Shown here in pieces: positions 1-9,479 of a stretch of DNA of 64,000 nucleotides (the stretch's first letter is position 1; each line of letters starts with the position of its first letter). The stretch comes from Patescibacteria group bacterium (GTDB lineage Bacteria; Patescibacteriota; Minisyncoccia; JAHISW01; Tagabacteraceae): positions 389 through 64,388 of the forward strand of contig JBHPEK010000002.1 of the NCBI GenBank assembly GCA_042577045.1, written 5' to 3'. The translations under genes were made by a program, and so were the position numbers. The notes beneath the pieces are model-generated. The model made no database searches. It was not told the DNA's origin and worked only from the letters and a program-made list of their open reading frames with translations.

Positions 1-465
1 GCTTTAAATATCAAAGGTGGAAAATTTGTAATTAAAAACACTATTTTTAAAAATAATTCTTTCGACGCTATTGATATAGATTTTTCAGAGGGAGAGGTGG
101 TTGATTCCATGTTTTTAAATAATGTGGGTGTTGATGGTGATGCAATTGATTTAAGTTTTTCAGAGGTAGCAATAATAGGGAATGAAATTGAAAACTGTGG
201 AGATAAGGGCATTAGTATTGGCGAAAAATCTACCTCTGTTGTTGAAAATAACGAAATTAAAGGTTGCCAAATAGGTATTGCCGTAAAAGATAGTTCTTAT
301 GCTAAGATTGTAAACTCTAACTTGACTGAAAATGAAATCGGAATTAGTCTTTACCGAAAGAAGCAAGTTTTTGGAGGAGCTAAAGCTAGCTTAAGTAATG
401 TTGTTTTTGAAAGCAATGTTCAAGATACAAAATTGGATAACTTATCAGAACTTTACTATGAATAA
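1..465 (+). CDS. Right-handed beta-helix (NosD/pectin-lyase-like) repeat protein, 5'-truncated by the window; possibly the C-terminus of a CotH-associated protein
   Basis: Frame 1 is open from base 1. Repeats DAIDIDFS, DAIDLSFS, DKGISIGE and IGIAVKDSS are typical of beta-helix strands. Lies upstream of VTC + DUF4956. Confidence 0.7.
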   Translation, partial: ALNIKGGKFVIKNTIFKNNSFDAIDIDFSEGEVVDSMFLNNVGVDGDAIDLSFSEVAIIGNEIENCGDKGISIGEKSTSVVENNEIKGCQIGIAVKDSSYAKIVNSNLTENEIGISLYRKKQVFGGAKASLSNVVFESNVQDTKLDNLSELYYE

Positions 466-1123
466 ATTTTCAAGGCCTGCCTTGTCTGCAAGCAGGTTTG
501 AGTTTAAATATTTGATGAACGAGCAAAAAGCGATATCTGTCTTAAGCGTTCTTAAGAAACTTGGAATGAGACCTGACCCTAAATCTTGTTCGGGGGGCGA
601 TAATTCTTATATTGTTAGTTCTCTATATTTTGATTCGTGGGCTTGGAAAGATTATCAAGATAAAGTTGGAGGTTTTTTGTCGCGAAAAAAGATAAGACTA
701 CGTTTTTACGGTGATGAACCAAAGGACATATGGGCAGAGATAAAAAGAAAACAAGATATGTCTATTTTAAAAGAGCGCTCACACGAAATTAAAAAACCTC
801 TTTTAATGTATATCATCAAAGAGGGGCTTAAACCCAAGGTTTTAGTTAGATACAAAAGAAGACCGCTTGTTTTTGGTAATTCAAATAATTTAAGGATTAC
901 TTTTGACTCAAATATTGAAACTTGCAAAACTAGCAGTTTTTTCTATAATAAGTCTATGTTTCCAGTCGGGAAAGGATTGGTTGTAATGGAGTTAAAATAT
1001 AATATCTGTATACCCAGGTGGTTCGGAGATATTGTTAAAAAATTTGATCTACAACGAGAAGCATTTTCCAAATATGCTCTTTCTGTGGAGGTCTGTAATA
1101 AATATAAACCATTGGTGCGATAA
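458..1123 (+). CDS. VTC (polyphosphate polymerase/CYTH-like) domain protein
   Basis: Motifs RFEFKY, VSSLYFD, RKKIRLRFY, EIKRK, LRITFD, VMELKY, FSKY. ATG at 458 overlaps the previous stop. Confidence 0.85.
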   Translation: MNKFSRPALSASRFEFKYLMNEQKAISVLSVLKKLGMRPDPKSCSGGDNSYIVSSLYFDSWAWKDYQDKVGGFLSRKKIRLRFYGDEPKDIWAEIKRKQDMSILKERSHEIKKPLLMYIIKEGLKPKVLVRYKRRPLVFGNSNNLRITFDSNIETCKTSSFFYNKSMFPVGKGLVVMELKYNICIPRWFGDIVKKFDLQREAFSKYALSVEVCNKYKPLVR

Positions 1124-1130
1124 ATAAATT

Positions 1131-1808
1131 ATGTTTAGTCCTGAAAACTTTTTTAATCTTACAAGCATAGAATTGAGTAGTACAATTATTGTTTTTAATA
1201 TTTTATTTTCTTTTGTATTAGTTTTTTTTATAGCTTGGATTTATAAAAGAACGCATAGCGGTATTTCCTATTCTTCTTCTTTTGTATTTACCATTGTTTT
1301 AATGGGTGTTGTATCAACTGTTATCATGATGGTTGTTAGCCATAATCTTATAGGTGCCGTCGGGCTTTTGGGAGCTTTTTCTCTTTTGCGATTTAGAACA
1401 ATTATTAAAGATACTCGCGACATTGCTTTTGTTTTCTTTTCTTTGGCCATTGGCGTTGCTGTTGGAACTAATAATTATACAATTGCATTGTTGGCTACAA
1501 TTTTGGTCTCTCTTATAATAATTTTTCTTACAAAAATTCGTTTTGGCTCTGCATTAAAAGAAGATTTTGTTCTTACCTTTAATTTGCCGGGTGGTAGTTC
1601 AAATGTTTATAGTAAAGTTTTTTCTAATTTTTTTAAATCTCATGAACTTCTTCATGTTAAAAGTTTCGGTGAAGATAGGCAGGAGTATGCTTTTAGTTTT
1701 ATATTGCAAAAGGATAAAATTTTGGATGATTTCCTTAAAGAGCTAAAAGTTATAAATGATATAGCTGGTGTTGAAATTATCTCAATTAATTCAAGTGTAG
1801 AATATTAA
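1131..1808 (+). CDS. DUF4956 family membrane protein
   Basis: Multi-TM protein with GLLGAFSLLRFRTIIKDTRDIAFVF signature; usual partner of VTC genes. Confidence 0.85.
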   Translation: MFSPENFFNLTSIELSSTIIVFNILFSFVLVFFIAWIYKRTHSGISYSSSFVFTIVLMGVVSTVIMMVVSHNLIGAVGLLGAFSLLRFRTIIKDTRDIAFVFFSLAIGVAVGTNNYTIALLATILVSLIIIFLTKIRFGSALKEDFVLTFNLPGGSSNVYSKVFSNFFKSHELLHVKSFGEDRQEYAFSFILQKDKILDDFLKELKVINDIAGVEIISINSSVEY

Positions 1809-1809
1809 T

Positions 1810-3423
1810 TTGTTTGTTTTTAAAAATTTTCTAAAAGCACATTTTCTGTTTATTATTTTGCTGATTATTTTGGCAGTTTATTTGGGTTTGAAGACTGTTC
1901 CTGAAGACGGTTGGGATGAATGGGGATTTGGAACGGCGCAAGTCTTGATGTCTGCAAAATATTGGGCTGAAGATGGAATTGTTAATCACAAATTTCTAAC
2001 TATTCCTATGGGCTACAATAAAGTTGTCCAGTATCTTGATGAGCCAGAAATGAGGCACCACGCCAGAGGAGCGGTTACTGGCGGTTTGATTGGTCGTCGA
2101 CTTTATTATACTCATTATCCATCTGGCTATGTTTTTCCTCCAACTTTGCTAATGAAACTCGGTATTGACTATGTAGAACGTCATTGGTATAGAATTTTGT
2201 CTCTTATGTTTTCCCTTAGCGCCTTAATTTTTATGTATGCGTTTTTTTGCTATCTTTCCAATCGGTTAATTGCATTCTTGGCAACTCTTTATTATGCTGG
2301 ATCAACGATGTTTTTGGGCTTTGCTGATACGGTTTGTACTCCTCCAGTAGATGATTTTTTCAGATTTTTAATTTTGCTCTTAAGTGTTTTGGCATTTCGT
2401 AGTGTCTCGGATGTTAAAAAGTTTAGAATATACAACATCGCAATTTGGGCATCATATTTATTGTTGTCTATTTCTTCTTATGATTCCACTTTTTTTATTT
2501 TCGTTTGGCTTGTTGGTTTAGATATTATTATTTTCAAAAAGTTTTTGTGGAAAAGGTGGTTGATTTTTGCTTTGGCACCAATATTAGCATTTTGTTTGCA
2601 GGTTTTGCAAAATATTTGGTATTTTGGTGATTGGAGAACATTATGGCTTGATACAATGGGTGCCGGAGTAGCCAAAGCCCAATCTGGTAGCCTTTGGTTG
2701 CATATAAAGAGTATTTCGAGATCCTTTTATTTGTTGACTGGTTTTAGTGCGCTGTGGTCGACTCTGGGAATAGCAGGTCTATTTGTTGGATTTTGGAAGT
2801 TTAAAAAGAGCTTTCAATTGAAAAATTTTTATACAAACAATATTATTTGGATTTTAATAATTTTGTTTTTGGCTGGTTCAATTTTTCCATTTCTTTTTGC
2901 TGGAGGAGTTTTTGAATATCAGGGCAGACAAATGGCGCCATTTGTTGGTTTGTTATTTGGTTTAATAATCTACTTAGTTGGTAAAAATTTATTTTCTTTA
3001 AGAAGAAAAAAGATATTAATTGTTTTGTTTTTTATTGTTCTAGTTTTTTGGGCTGGTCAAATTATTAGAACAATTGATTATGTAAAAGATTGGCCAAACA
3101 ACACGATTGATAAAAATATTGTTGAATTTTCTAAATCGTTAAAAGAAAAGAAAGATGGAGTCGTTTTTAGAATCGATAACTTACCTTCTAAGCGTTATCC
3201 CAACATTGATCCTCGAGTTGAATATTATATAGAATTACCGGTTTTATCCTTTGAAAACCGGGAAGATTTGATCAACGATTATAACTGGCTAAAGAATCGT
3301 TCTGAATTTCCTTTTAAGGCAATTATTTTAGCCACCGACCAAGAAGAGAAAGAGAAAATAAAATTATTGTTTGAAGACAATAAAGAAGTTATAATTTTGA
3401 TTGGTCCTAGTTTAAATATTTAA
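1810..3423 (+). CDS. GT-C fold (ArnT/PMT-like) polytopic membrane glycosyltransferase, paralog A
   Basis: About 11 TM segments and an external loop ending YYTHYPSG; close paralog of 4850..6523. Confidence 0.65.
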   Translation: MFVFKNFLKAHFLFIILLIILAVYLGLKTVPEDGWDEWGFGTAQVLMSAKYWAEDGIVNHKFLTIPMGYNKVVQYLDEPEMRHHARGAVTGGLIGRRLYYTHYPSGYVFPPTLLMKLGIDYVERHWYRILSLMFSLSALIFMYAFFCYLSNRLIAFLATLYYAGSTMFLGFADTVCTPPVDDFFRFLILLLSVLAFRSVSDVKKFRIYNIAIWASYLLLSISSYDSTFFIFVWLVGLDIIIFKKFLWKRWLIFALAPILAFCLQVLQNIWYFGDWRTLWLDTMGAGVAKAQSGSLWLHIKSISRSFYLLTGFSALWSTLGIAGLFVGFWKFKKSFQLKNFYTNNIIWILIILFLAGSIFPFLFAGGVFEYQGRQMAPFVGLLFGLIIYLVGKNLFSLRRKKILIVLFFIVLVFWAGQIIRTIDYVKDWPNNTIDKNIVEFSKSLKEKKDGVVFRIDNLPSKRYPNIDPRVEYYIELPVLSFENREDLINDYNWLKNRSEFPFKAIILATDQEEKEKIKLLFEDNKEVIILIGPSLNI

Positions 3424-3431
3424 GTAAACTT

Positions 3432-4853
3432 ATGAAAATTGCATTTGTTCAAAATTTAATGATGCCTTATTTTGGGATATCTTATATTTCTTCTGTCTTA
3501 AGAAAGGGGGGGCATTTGTCGGAAGTTTTTATAGAAGGGTTACATAAAGATATAGTAAAAGATATTTGTGATGCTCAGCCTGACATTGTTGGTTTTTATT
3601 GTATCACAGGCGAACATCGGTGGGTTGAGAGAACAGCAAGAGAAATAAAGAAGAAGCTGGATATTCCTGTTATAGTTGGAGGGCCGCACCCTACTTATTT
3701 TCCAGAAATGGTGGAGGAGGACGGTATTGATATGATTTGTCGAGGAGACGGGGAGATTGCTGTGTTAGAGTTGATGAATAGGATTGAGAGAAAGGAGAAT
3801 ACTAACAACATAGAAGGAATTTGGTCAAAAGAAGGCGTGGATATTCACAAAAATGGTGTTGGAGAAATGATTGAAGATTTGGAGACCCTTCCTTTGCCGG
3901 ATAGAGATCTTTATGACAAGTATGATTTTTTTAAAGAAGAAACGGAGATTCCAGTGTGTGTTTCTAGGGGGTGTCCGTTTAATTGTACTTTTTGCTACAA
4001 CGCATCCAAGAAGAAGTTATATTTGGGCAAGAAGGTGGTAAGGACAAGGAGTGTTGAGAATATTATGTCCGAGATAACATATTTGCGCAAAGAATATCCT
4101 CTTATGAAATCAATTATTTTCAACGATGATAATTTAGGTTTGTCTCCAGACTGGTTTAACGAGTTTTGTGAAAAATATGCAGGAATTAATGGTCCGCCAT
4201 ATTTTGCCAGTATTCGTGCAGACTTCATAAATGAAAAGACTATTAAAAAATTAAAAAAATCAAATTGTTTCTGTCTTTCTCTTGGGGTTGAAAGTGGAAG
4301 TGCAGAAATGAGAAGAAAGATATTACACAAGAACATACCAGACGAAGTCTATATCAATGCCGCAAAATTAATGAGAGAGAACGGTATAAAAGTAAGAACT
4401 TCGAATATGTTTTTCTTGCCAGGAGAAACTATTGACATGGCTTTTAAAACCGTTTGGTTAAATAAGAAAATGAAAACGGATTATCCGTGGGTTTATCCTC
4501 TCCAGCCTTATCCAGGAACAGAGATTTATGACTATTCGATGAAAAACAATTTCTTGAGAAAGGATTTTTCTTTTGACGACATAGACCCCCTGGGAATTTT
4601 AGAAAGTCCCTTGGAGTCAAAATTAAAAGATGGAAAAAAGATTAAAGTTTTACATAGACTTTTTTATTATGGTGTTAAGGTTCCAGGATTTGTTTATTTA
4701 TTAAAGTTATTTGTTTATATTCCAAACAATTTTGTTTTTGAATTTTTTCATCGTTTTGCAATTTTAATGACTTATGCTAATTATCATCAGGTTAGTTTTT
4801 ACAGGGCGCTAAAGGTGGCATTGCAGGCGAATAAAGTTGAAAAAAGAAAATGA
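3432..4853 (+). CDS. B12-binding-domain radical SAM protein
   Basis: GGPHPT and GDGE in the N-terminal domain; SRGCPFNCTFC, GVESG, PYPGT. Confidence 0.9.
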   Translation: MKIAFVQNLMMPYFGISYISSVLRKGGHLSEVFIEGLHKDIVKDICDAQPDIVGFYCITGEHRWVERTAREIKKKLDIPVIVGGPHPTYFPEMVEEDGIDMICRGDGEIAVLELMNRIERKENTNNIEGIWSKEGVDIHKNGVGEMIEDLETLPLPDRDLYDKYDFFKEETEIPVCVSRGCPFNCTFCYNASKKKLYLGKKVVRTRSVENIMSEITYLRKEYPLMKSIIFNDDNLGLSPDWFNEFCEKYAGINGPPYFASIRADFINEKTIKKLKKSNCFCLSLGVESGSAEMRRKILHKNIPDEVYINAAKLMRENGIKVRTSNMFFLPGETIDMAFKTVWLNKKMKTDYPWVYPLQPYPGTEIYDYSMKNNFLRKDFSFDDIDPLGILESPLESKLKDGKKIKVLHRLFYYGVKVPGFVYLLKLFVYIPNNFVFEFFHRFAILMTYANYHQVSFYRALKVALQANKVEKRK

Positions 4854-6523
4854 AAAATATTTTTAGAAAACATTTTTTATTTATTTTACTATTATTTATT
4901 TTGACGGTTTATCTGGGACTGAAGGCAATACCTAGTAATAGCTGGGATGACTGGGCTTTTGGTTCAGCGCAGACAATGTTAACTATGAGGCATTGGGTTG
5001 AGGATGGAATGATTTATTCTAAGTTTTTATTTATACCGATTGGTTATAGTAAAATTGTTCAATACTTTGATGAACCAGAAATGCGTCGTCACGCCAAGGG
5101 AACAACAACGGGAGAGTTAATGGAGAACAGACTTTATTACACTCATTATCCTGCTGGGTATCTGATTCCACATGGAATTTTAGCTAAAATAGGTTTTGAG
5201 TCTAGGTATTGGTTTAGATTTTTAGCGCTACTTTTTTCTTTGTCGGCGCTTATTTTGATGTATTTCTTTTTTTGTTTTCTCTCAAATAAATTAATTGCCT
5301 TTCTGGCAACCCTCTATTATGCTGGGTCAACAATGTTTTTAGGATTGGCTGATTCTTTGGCTAATCAACCAATAGATGACTTTTTCAGATTTCTAATATT
5401 ACTTTTAAGTGTTTTGGCAGTACGGAATGCTTCCAATGTTAAAAAATTTAGAATTTATAATATCGCAATTTGGGTTTCGTATTTTTTGCTTGCTAGCTCT
5501 TCTTATGATTCCACTTTCTTTGTTTTCGTCTGGCTTGTGGGTCTAGACATTGTTACTGACTGGAATACTAACAAAGATGGTGCGAAGCCCCGTACCAAAA
5601 GATTAAAAGAAATCTTTTTGGTTCGGGGGAAAAAGTGGTTGCTGTGGGGAAGTGCTCCTGTCTTGGCATTTATTTTGCAAATGGCGCAAAATGTTTGGTA
5701 TTTAGGGTGGCGTGATATGTGGCTTGATGTTTACGGTTCTTTTAAATTTCGTACTACATCAGCGCCTGGTTCTGGTTTTTTTGAAAAACATATACGGTCA
5801 ATGTTCTCACCTCTTGTATATTTAGCTGACTTTAGAGCTCGTTTTATTATTCCTATCATTTCATTTTTATTTTTTATTTTTTGGAAATTAAAAAACAAGG
5901 TAAGTTACACTTGGCCCAAAATACAAGTATTAGTTTTGCTCGCTCTGGCTGGATTTGCTTATCCTTTTATTCTTTCTTCAACAGCATATTTCCCATATCA
6001 GGGTAGGCAAATGTTGCCTTTTGTTGGTTTACTGCTGGCTTCTTCTACTATTTTAATTTTTAAAATTTTTAAGGAAAAAAGGGAAATGTCTTTGTATTTA
6101 ATTGGCATGCTACTGCTTGTTGCTAGTCTTTGGTTTGTTCAAGCACAAAGAACATATTCTTACATTCTTGAATGGCCAAATAATACTGTTGATAAAGAGG
6201 TAATTAGTTTTACTAAAGAAATAAAAGACATTGAAGGAGAGAACAAGGTGATTTTTAAGTTAGATGGAACTATTCCTACCCGCCACCACCATGCTTCGCT
6301 GGTTCTTGAGTATTATATGAATATGCCAATTATGTCTTTTAAATATTCTTTTGACTTAGTTCGTGATTATAAGTGGTTAAAAGATCGATCTGAATATCCT
6401 TTTTATTCTGTAGTTTTAACTACTACCGAGGAAGAGTTTAATGAGGCAAATTCTTTGTTTGACGGAGAAGATCAGATCTCTATTATTTATAGACCAGATT
6501 TAAATTTTGATTTAGGAATATGA
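4850..6523 (+). CDS. GT-C fold membrane glycosyltransferase, paralog B
   Basis: Shares long identical blocks with 1810..3423 (DEPEMR, RLYYTHYP, LIAFLATLYYAGSTMFLG, DDFFRFLILLLSVLA). Confidence 0.65.
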   Translation: MKNIFRKHFLFILLLFILTVYLGLKAIPSNSWDDWAFGSAQTMLTMRHWVEDGMIYSKFLFIPIGYSKIVQYFDEPEMRRHAKGTTTGELMENRLYYTHYPAGYLIPHGILAKIGFESRYWFRFLALLFSLSALILMYFFFCFLSNKLIAFLATLYYAGSTMFLGLADSLANQPIDDFFRFLILLLSVLAVRNASNVKKFRIYNIAIWVSYFLLASSSYDSTFFVFVWLVGLDIVTDWNTNKDGAKPRTKRLKEIFLVRGKKWLLWGSAPVLAFILQMAQNVWYLGWRDMWLDVYGSFKFRTTSAPGSGFFEKHIRSMFSPLVYLADFRARFIIPIISFLFFIFWKLKNKVSYTWPKIQVLVLLALAGFAYPFILSSTAYFPYQGRQMLPFVGLLLASSTILIFKIFKEKREMSLYLIGMLLLVASLWFVQAQRTYSYILEWPNNTVDKEVISFTKEIKDIEGENKVIFKLDGTIPTRHHHASLVLEYYMNMPIMSFKYSFDLVRDYKWLKDRSEYPFYSVVLTTTEEEFNEANSLFDGEDQISIIYRPDLNFDLGI

Positions 6524-6530
6524 TAACAAA

Positions 6531-7247
6531 ATGAACAAGAGAATTTTTAGATTTAAAAAACCAGTAGCTTTAATAGAACCCGCATATTTTTGGCTTCATG
6601 CTAAGCCAAAAGTTTTAAAATGGTTCTTAGCGTTTGCACCAATTTCTGCTTTCATTTTTGAAATTCGTTTTCTTAGAAAAATATTTTTCAAAATAGATTT
6701 TAATGAGAGAGTTGTAGAAAACACTTTTGTTTTAGCCAATATTCCTGAATTACCAGCTAAAATATTAGATTTTGGTGTTACCAGCTCTTGGTTGAGCATC
6801 AGATTGGCTTCTTTGGGGTACAAGATTACTGGTTTAGATATGCGGCCTTATGAGTTTTCTCACCCCAACATAAAACTAATTCGGGGTGATTTGTTTGAAA
6901 CATCTTTACCCAAAGAAGAGTATGATGCCATCTTAGTTGTTTCTACCCTAGAGCATGTTGATGCAGACGAGCGTGCTCTTCAAATTTTATCAGAATCATT
7001 AAAAATAGGCGGAAAATTATTTATAACTGTACCTTTTGGTCAGGAGGCAATTTTGCCTTCCCATCGAGTTTATTCTAAAAAAAGATTAGAGAAAATAGTT
7101 CCTCCAAATTTAAATATCAAAAAAATAGCTTATTATAAAAAAGACTCTTCAATGGTGTGGCTTGAGTCTAAAGAGGAAGATGTTTCTTTGGTAGATTCGT
7201 CCAGAGAATCAAATGCTGTAGTATGTTTAATTTTAGAAAAACAATAA
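6531..7247 (+). CDS. Class I SAM-dependent methyltransferase-like protein (DUF268-like)
   Basis: ILDFG, GLD, STLEHV, GGKLFITVPFG motifs. Confidence 0.75.
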   Translation: MNKRIFRFKKPVALIEPAYFWLHAKPKVLKWFLAFAPISAFIFEIRFLRKIFFKIDFNERVVENTFVLANIPELPAKILDFGVTSSWLSIRLASLGYKITGLDMRPYEFSHPNIKLIRGDLFETSLPKEEYDAILVVSTLEHVDADERALQILSESLKIGGKLFITVPFGQEAILPSHRVYSKKRLEKIVPPNLNIKKIAYYKKDSSMVWLESKEEDVSLVDSSRESNAVVCLILEKQ

Positions 7248-8560
7248 AAAAATACTGGTTTCCCATTTTGGTACTGTTCATAATTATTTTGAGTGCTGTA
7301 ATTTGGTTACCAAAATATGGAGCATGGACGGGAGCAACTGATGTGGAGTATCAAGTGATAGCTCAGAATATGCTAGAGGGCAAGGGATATTCTTTGGATG
7401 AGGAAAAAACAATGAAACGGGAACCTGCTTACCCTACTTTCTTGTTTTTAAACTACAAAATTTTTGGAGTTAATTCTAATTTGATTAGGTTTGAACAATT
7501 AATTTTTTTGTTTTTAATTTGTTTTTTAACTTATAAACTTTCTAAAGAATTTTTTAATGAAGCAGTTGCTAAAATTGCTACACTAGCAATTGCAATTCAT
7601 CCTTTGTTTATTATTTATGTAACTGATCGAGTTTCAGAAATTTTAGCTACCTTTTTGATTTTATTGTTTTGCTTCGTTCTATTAAAAAGTGTCGGAAGAG
7701 AAAATTTATTATTTAGTTTTTTGTCTGGATCTATTTTGGGGCTTCTTGTTTTGACTAAAAGTATTTTTATCTTTATTCCTATTTTTGCAGTTATTTTTTA
7801 TTTGTTTAAGGGTGGTAATAAAAAATTAGTAAAAGCTACTTTGTTTTTTTTGGCTTTTGTTATTTTTGTTTCTCCTTGGTTTTTACGAAACTACACTTAT
7901 TTTGACACTTGGTCTATTGCTGAAAGAGGAGGCCTGATTACTTATATGCACACATTAAAAACTAAACTTTATGGGCAGGATTTGAAAGATTATCTTGTTT
8001 CTTCTTTTTTGAGTCAGTATTTTGTGCGCTTAGAAAATCCTTCCTTTAAAATAGCCGACATAAACAAGACGCCGGTAAATGAAGAAATAGACGAACTTTT
8101 GGGAGAGGGTTATTCTCGTCGAGAAATAGATATTTTGTTTGCAGAGAAAGCGAAAGAGAGCTGGAAGCAACATCCTATAAAAAATTTTCTTTTAGGTTTT
8201 ACGCAGTTAAGTAGAGCTAATTCACCGACTGTGCCGAAGGATTCTATAATGTATGTCTATGCCGTTCCAGATAGTTTGTTTATGAAGTTTGCTCGAGGAG
8301 CGGTACTAGTTTTTATTAGGTTGTTTTGGTTGATTGTATTATTGTTGATGGTTTACGGTGTTTACAAAACAATACGTTTAAAAAAATATTATCTTCTGCC
8401 GTTGATATTTTTGATTGTATATTTGAATGGCCTTCTTTCTCTTTTTGATACTGCACCACGTCATATTTTCCCAATTTATCCTCTCTATTTTATCTTTTTT
8501 GCCTTTGGCTTGTCTTTTTTGCTTTCCCCCGACCCCGGGGGTCGGGGGAAAAATCTTTAA
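7223..8560 (+). CDS. GT-C/GT39 (ArnT-like) membrane glycosyltransferase
   Basis: D..Y..IAQN..GKGY, REPAYP, SE, PWFLRNY and RHIFP motifs; polytopic. Confidence 0.75.
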   Translation: MFNFRKTIKKYWFPILVLFIIILSAVIWLPKYGAWTGATDVEYQVIAQNMLEGKGYSLDEEKTMKREPAYPTFLFLNYKIFGVNSNLIRFEQLIFLFLICFLTYKLSKEFFNEAVAKIATLAIAIHPLFIIYVTDRVSEILATFLILLFCFVLLKSVGRENLLFSFLSGSILGLLVLTKSIFIFIPIFAVIFYLFKGGNKKLVKATLFFLAFVIFVSPWFLRNYTYFDTWSIAERGGLITYMHTLKTKLYGQDLKDYLVSSFLSQYFVRLENPSFKIADINKTPVNEEIDELLGEGYSRREIDILFAEKAKESWKQHPIKNFLLGFTQLSRANSPTVPKDSIMYVYAVPDSLFMKFARGAVLVFIRLFWLIVLLLMVYGVYKTIRLKKYYLLPLIFLIVYLNGLLSLFDTAPRHIFPIYPLYFIFFAFGLSFLLSPDPGGRGKNL

Positions 8561-8654
8561 GTTCTTGTGGGGGAGTGTGTGGGGGAGTTGCGTATTTTAG
8601 TTGTTTGTGATAGTTTTGAAAAAAACAAAGAACGTTGACATAAGGAGGATATCT

Positions 8655-9479
8655 ATGAAAGAGAGTAAGATTGCTTTTTTGGAGGAAAAGGCGCTTTGGG
8701 TGCGTCAGCAGGTTTTAGAAATGTGTTTAGCTGCGGGAGCTGGGCATATTGCGCCAGCATTTTCGTGCGCAGACATTTTAACGCTACTTTACTACGGTGA
8801 TATAGTACGAGTGGATCCTAGAAATAGAACTTGGGAAGATCGAGATCGTTTTATTTTGAGCAAAGGTCAGGCTTGTGCCGGTCTTTACCCCATATTGGCT
8901 GATCTTGGATTTTTTCCAGTTGAGGATCTTGTGAATTACTGCCAGAACGGTAGTTATTTGGGCGGACATACGGAATCTAAAGTTCCTGGAGTAGAAACGC
9001 TTACTGGTTCACTTGGGCATGGATTATCTATTGGTCTTGGTATGGCTTTGGCCGCCAAAATGGACAAAAGGGATTATTACACATTTGTTCTTTTGGGGGA
9101 CGGATCGCTTCAAGAAGGTTCAAATTGGGAGGCAGTGATGGCGGCGCAGAAATACGAATTGGATAACTTGATTGCCATTGTTGATAGAAACAATCTGCAA
9201 GCTCTTGATTTTACGACTAATTCTATTGACCCTGGTGACCTTGCCAAGCCATTTGAGGCTTTTGGGTGGGATGTTTATCAAGCAGATGGACATTCTTTTG
9301 AAGAGATGGATATCGTTTTTGATATGGCGACGCAGAATAGAGACGGAAGACCAACAGTTATTATTGCGCATACCACCAAAGGAAAAGGCGTATCTTTTAT
9401 GGAAAACGATCCCAAGTGGCATTTTCGGATCCCTAAAGGTGACGAAATTACCCAAGCCAGAAAGGAGTTGAAAATATGA
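8655..9479 (+). CDS. Transketolase N-terminal (ThDP-binding) subunit
   Basis: DRFILSKG, TGSLGHG, GDGSLQEG..N, TTKGKG. AAGGAGG SD precedes ATG 8655. Confidence 0.9.
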   Translation: MKESKIAFLEEKALWVRQQVLEMCLAAGAGHIAPAFSCADILTLLYYGDIVRVDPRNRTWEDRDRFILSKGQACAGLYPILADLGFFPVEDLVNYCQNGSYLGGHTESKVPGVETLTGSLGHGLSIGLGMALAAKMDKRDYYTFVLLGDGSLQEGSNWEAVMAAQKYELDNLIAIVDRNNLQALDFTTNSIDPGDLAKPFEAFGWDVYQADGHSFEEMDIVFDMATQNRDGRPTVIIAHTTKGKGVSFMENDPKWHFRIPKGDEITQARKELKI

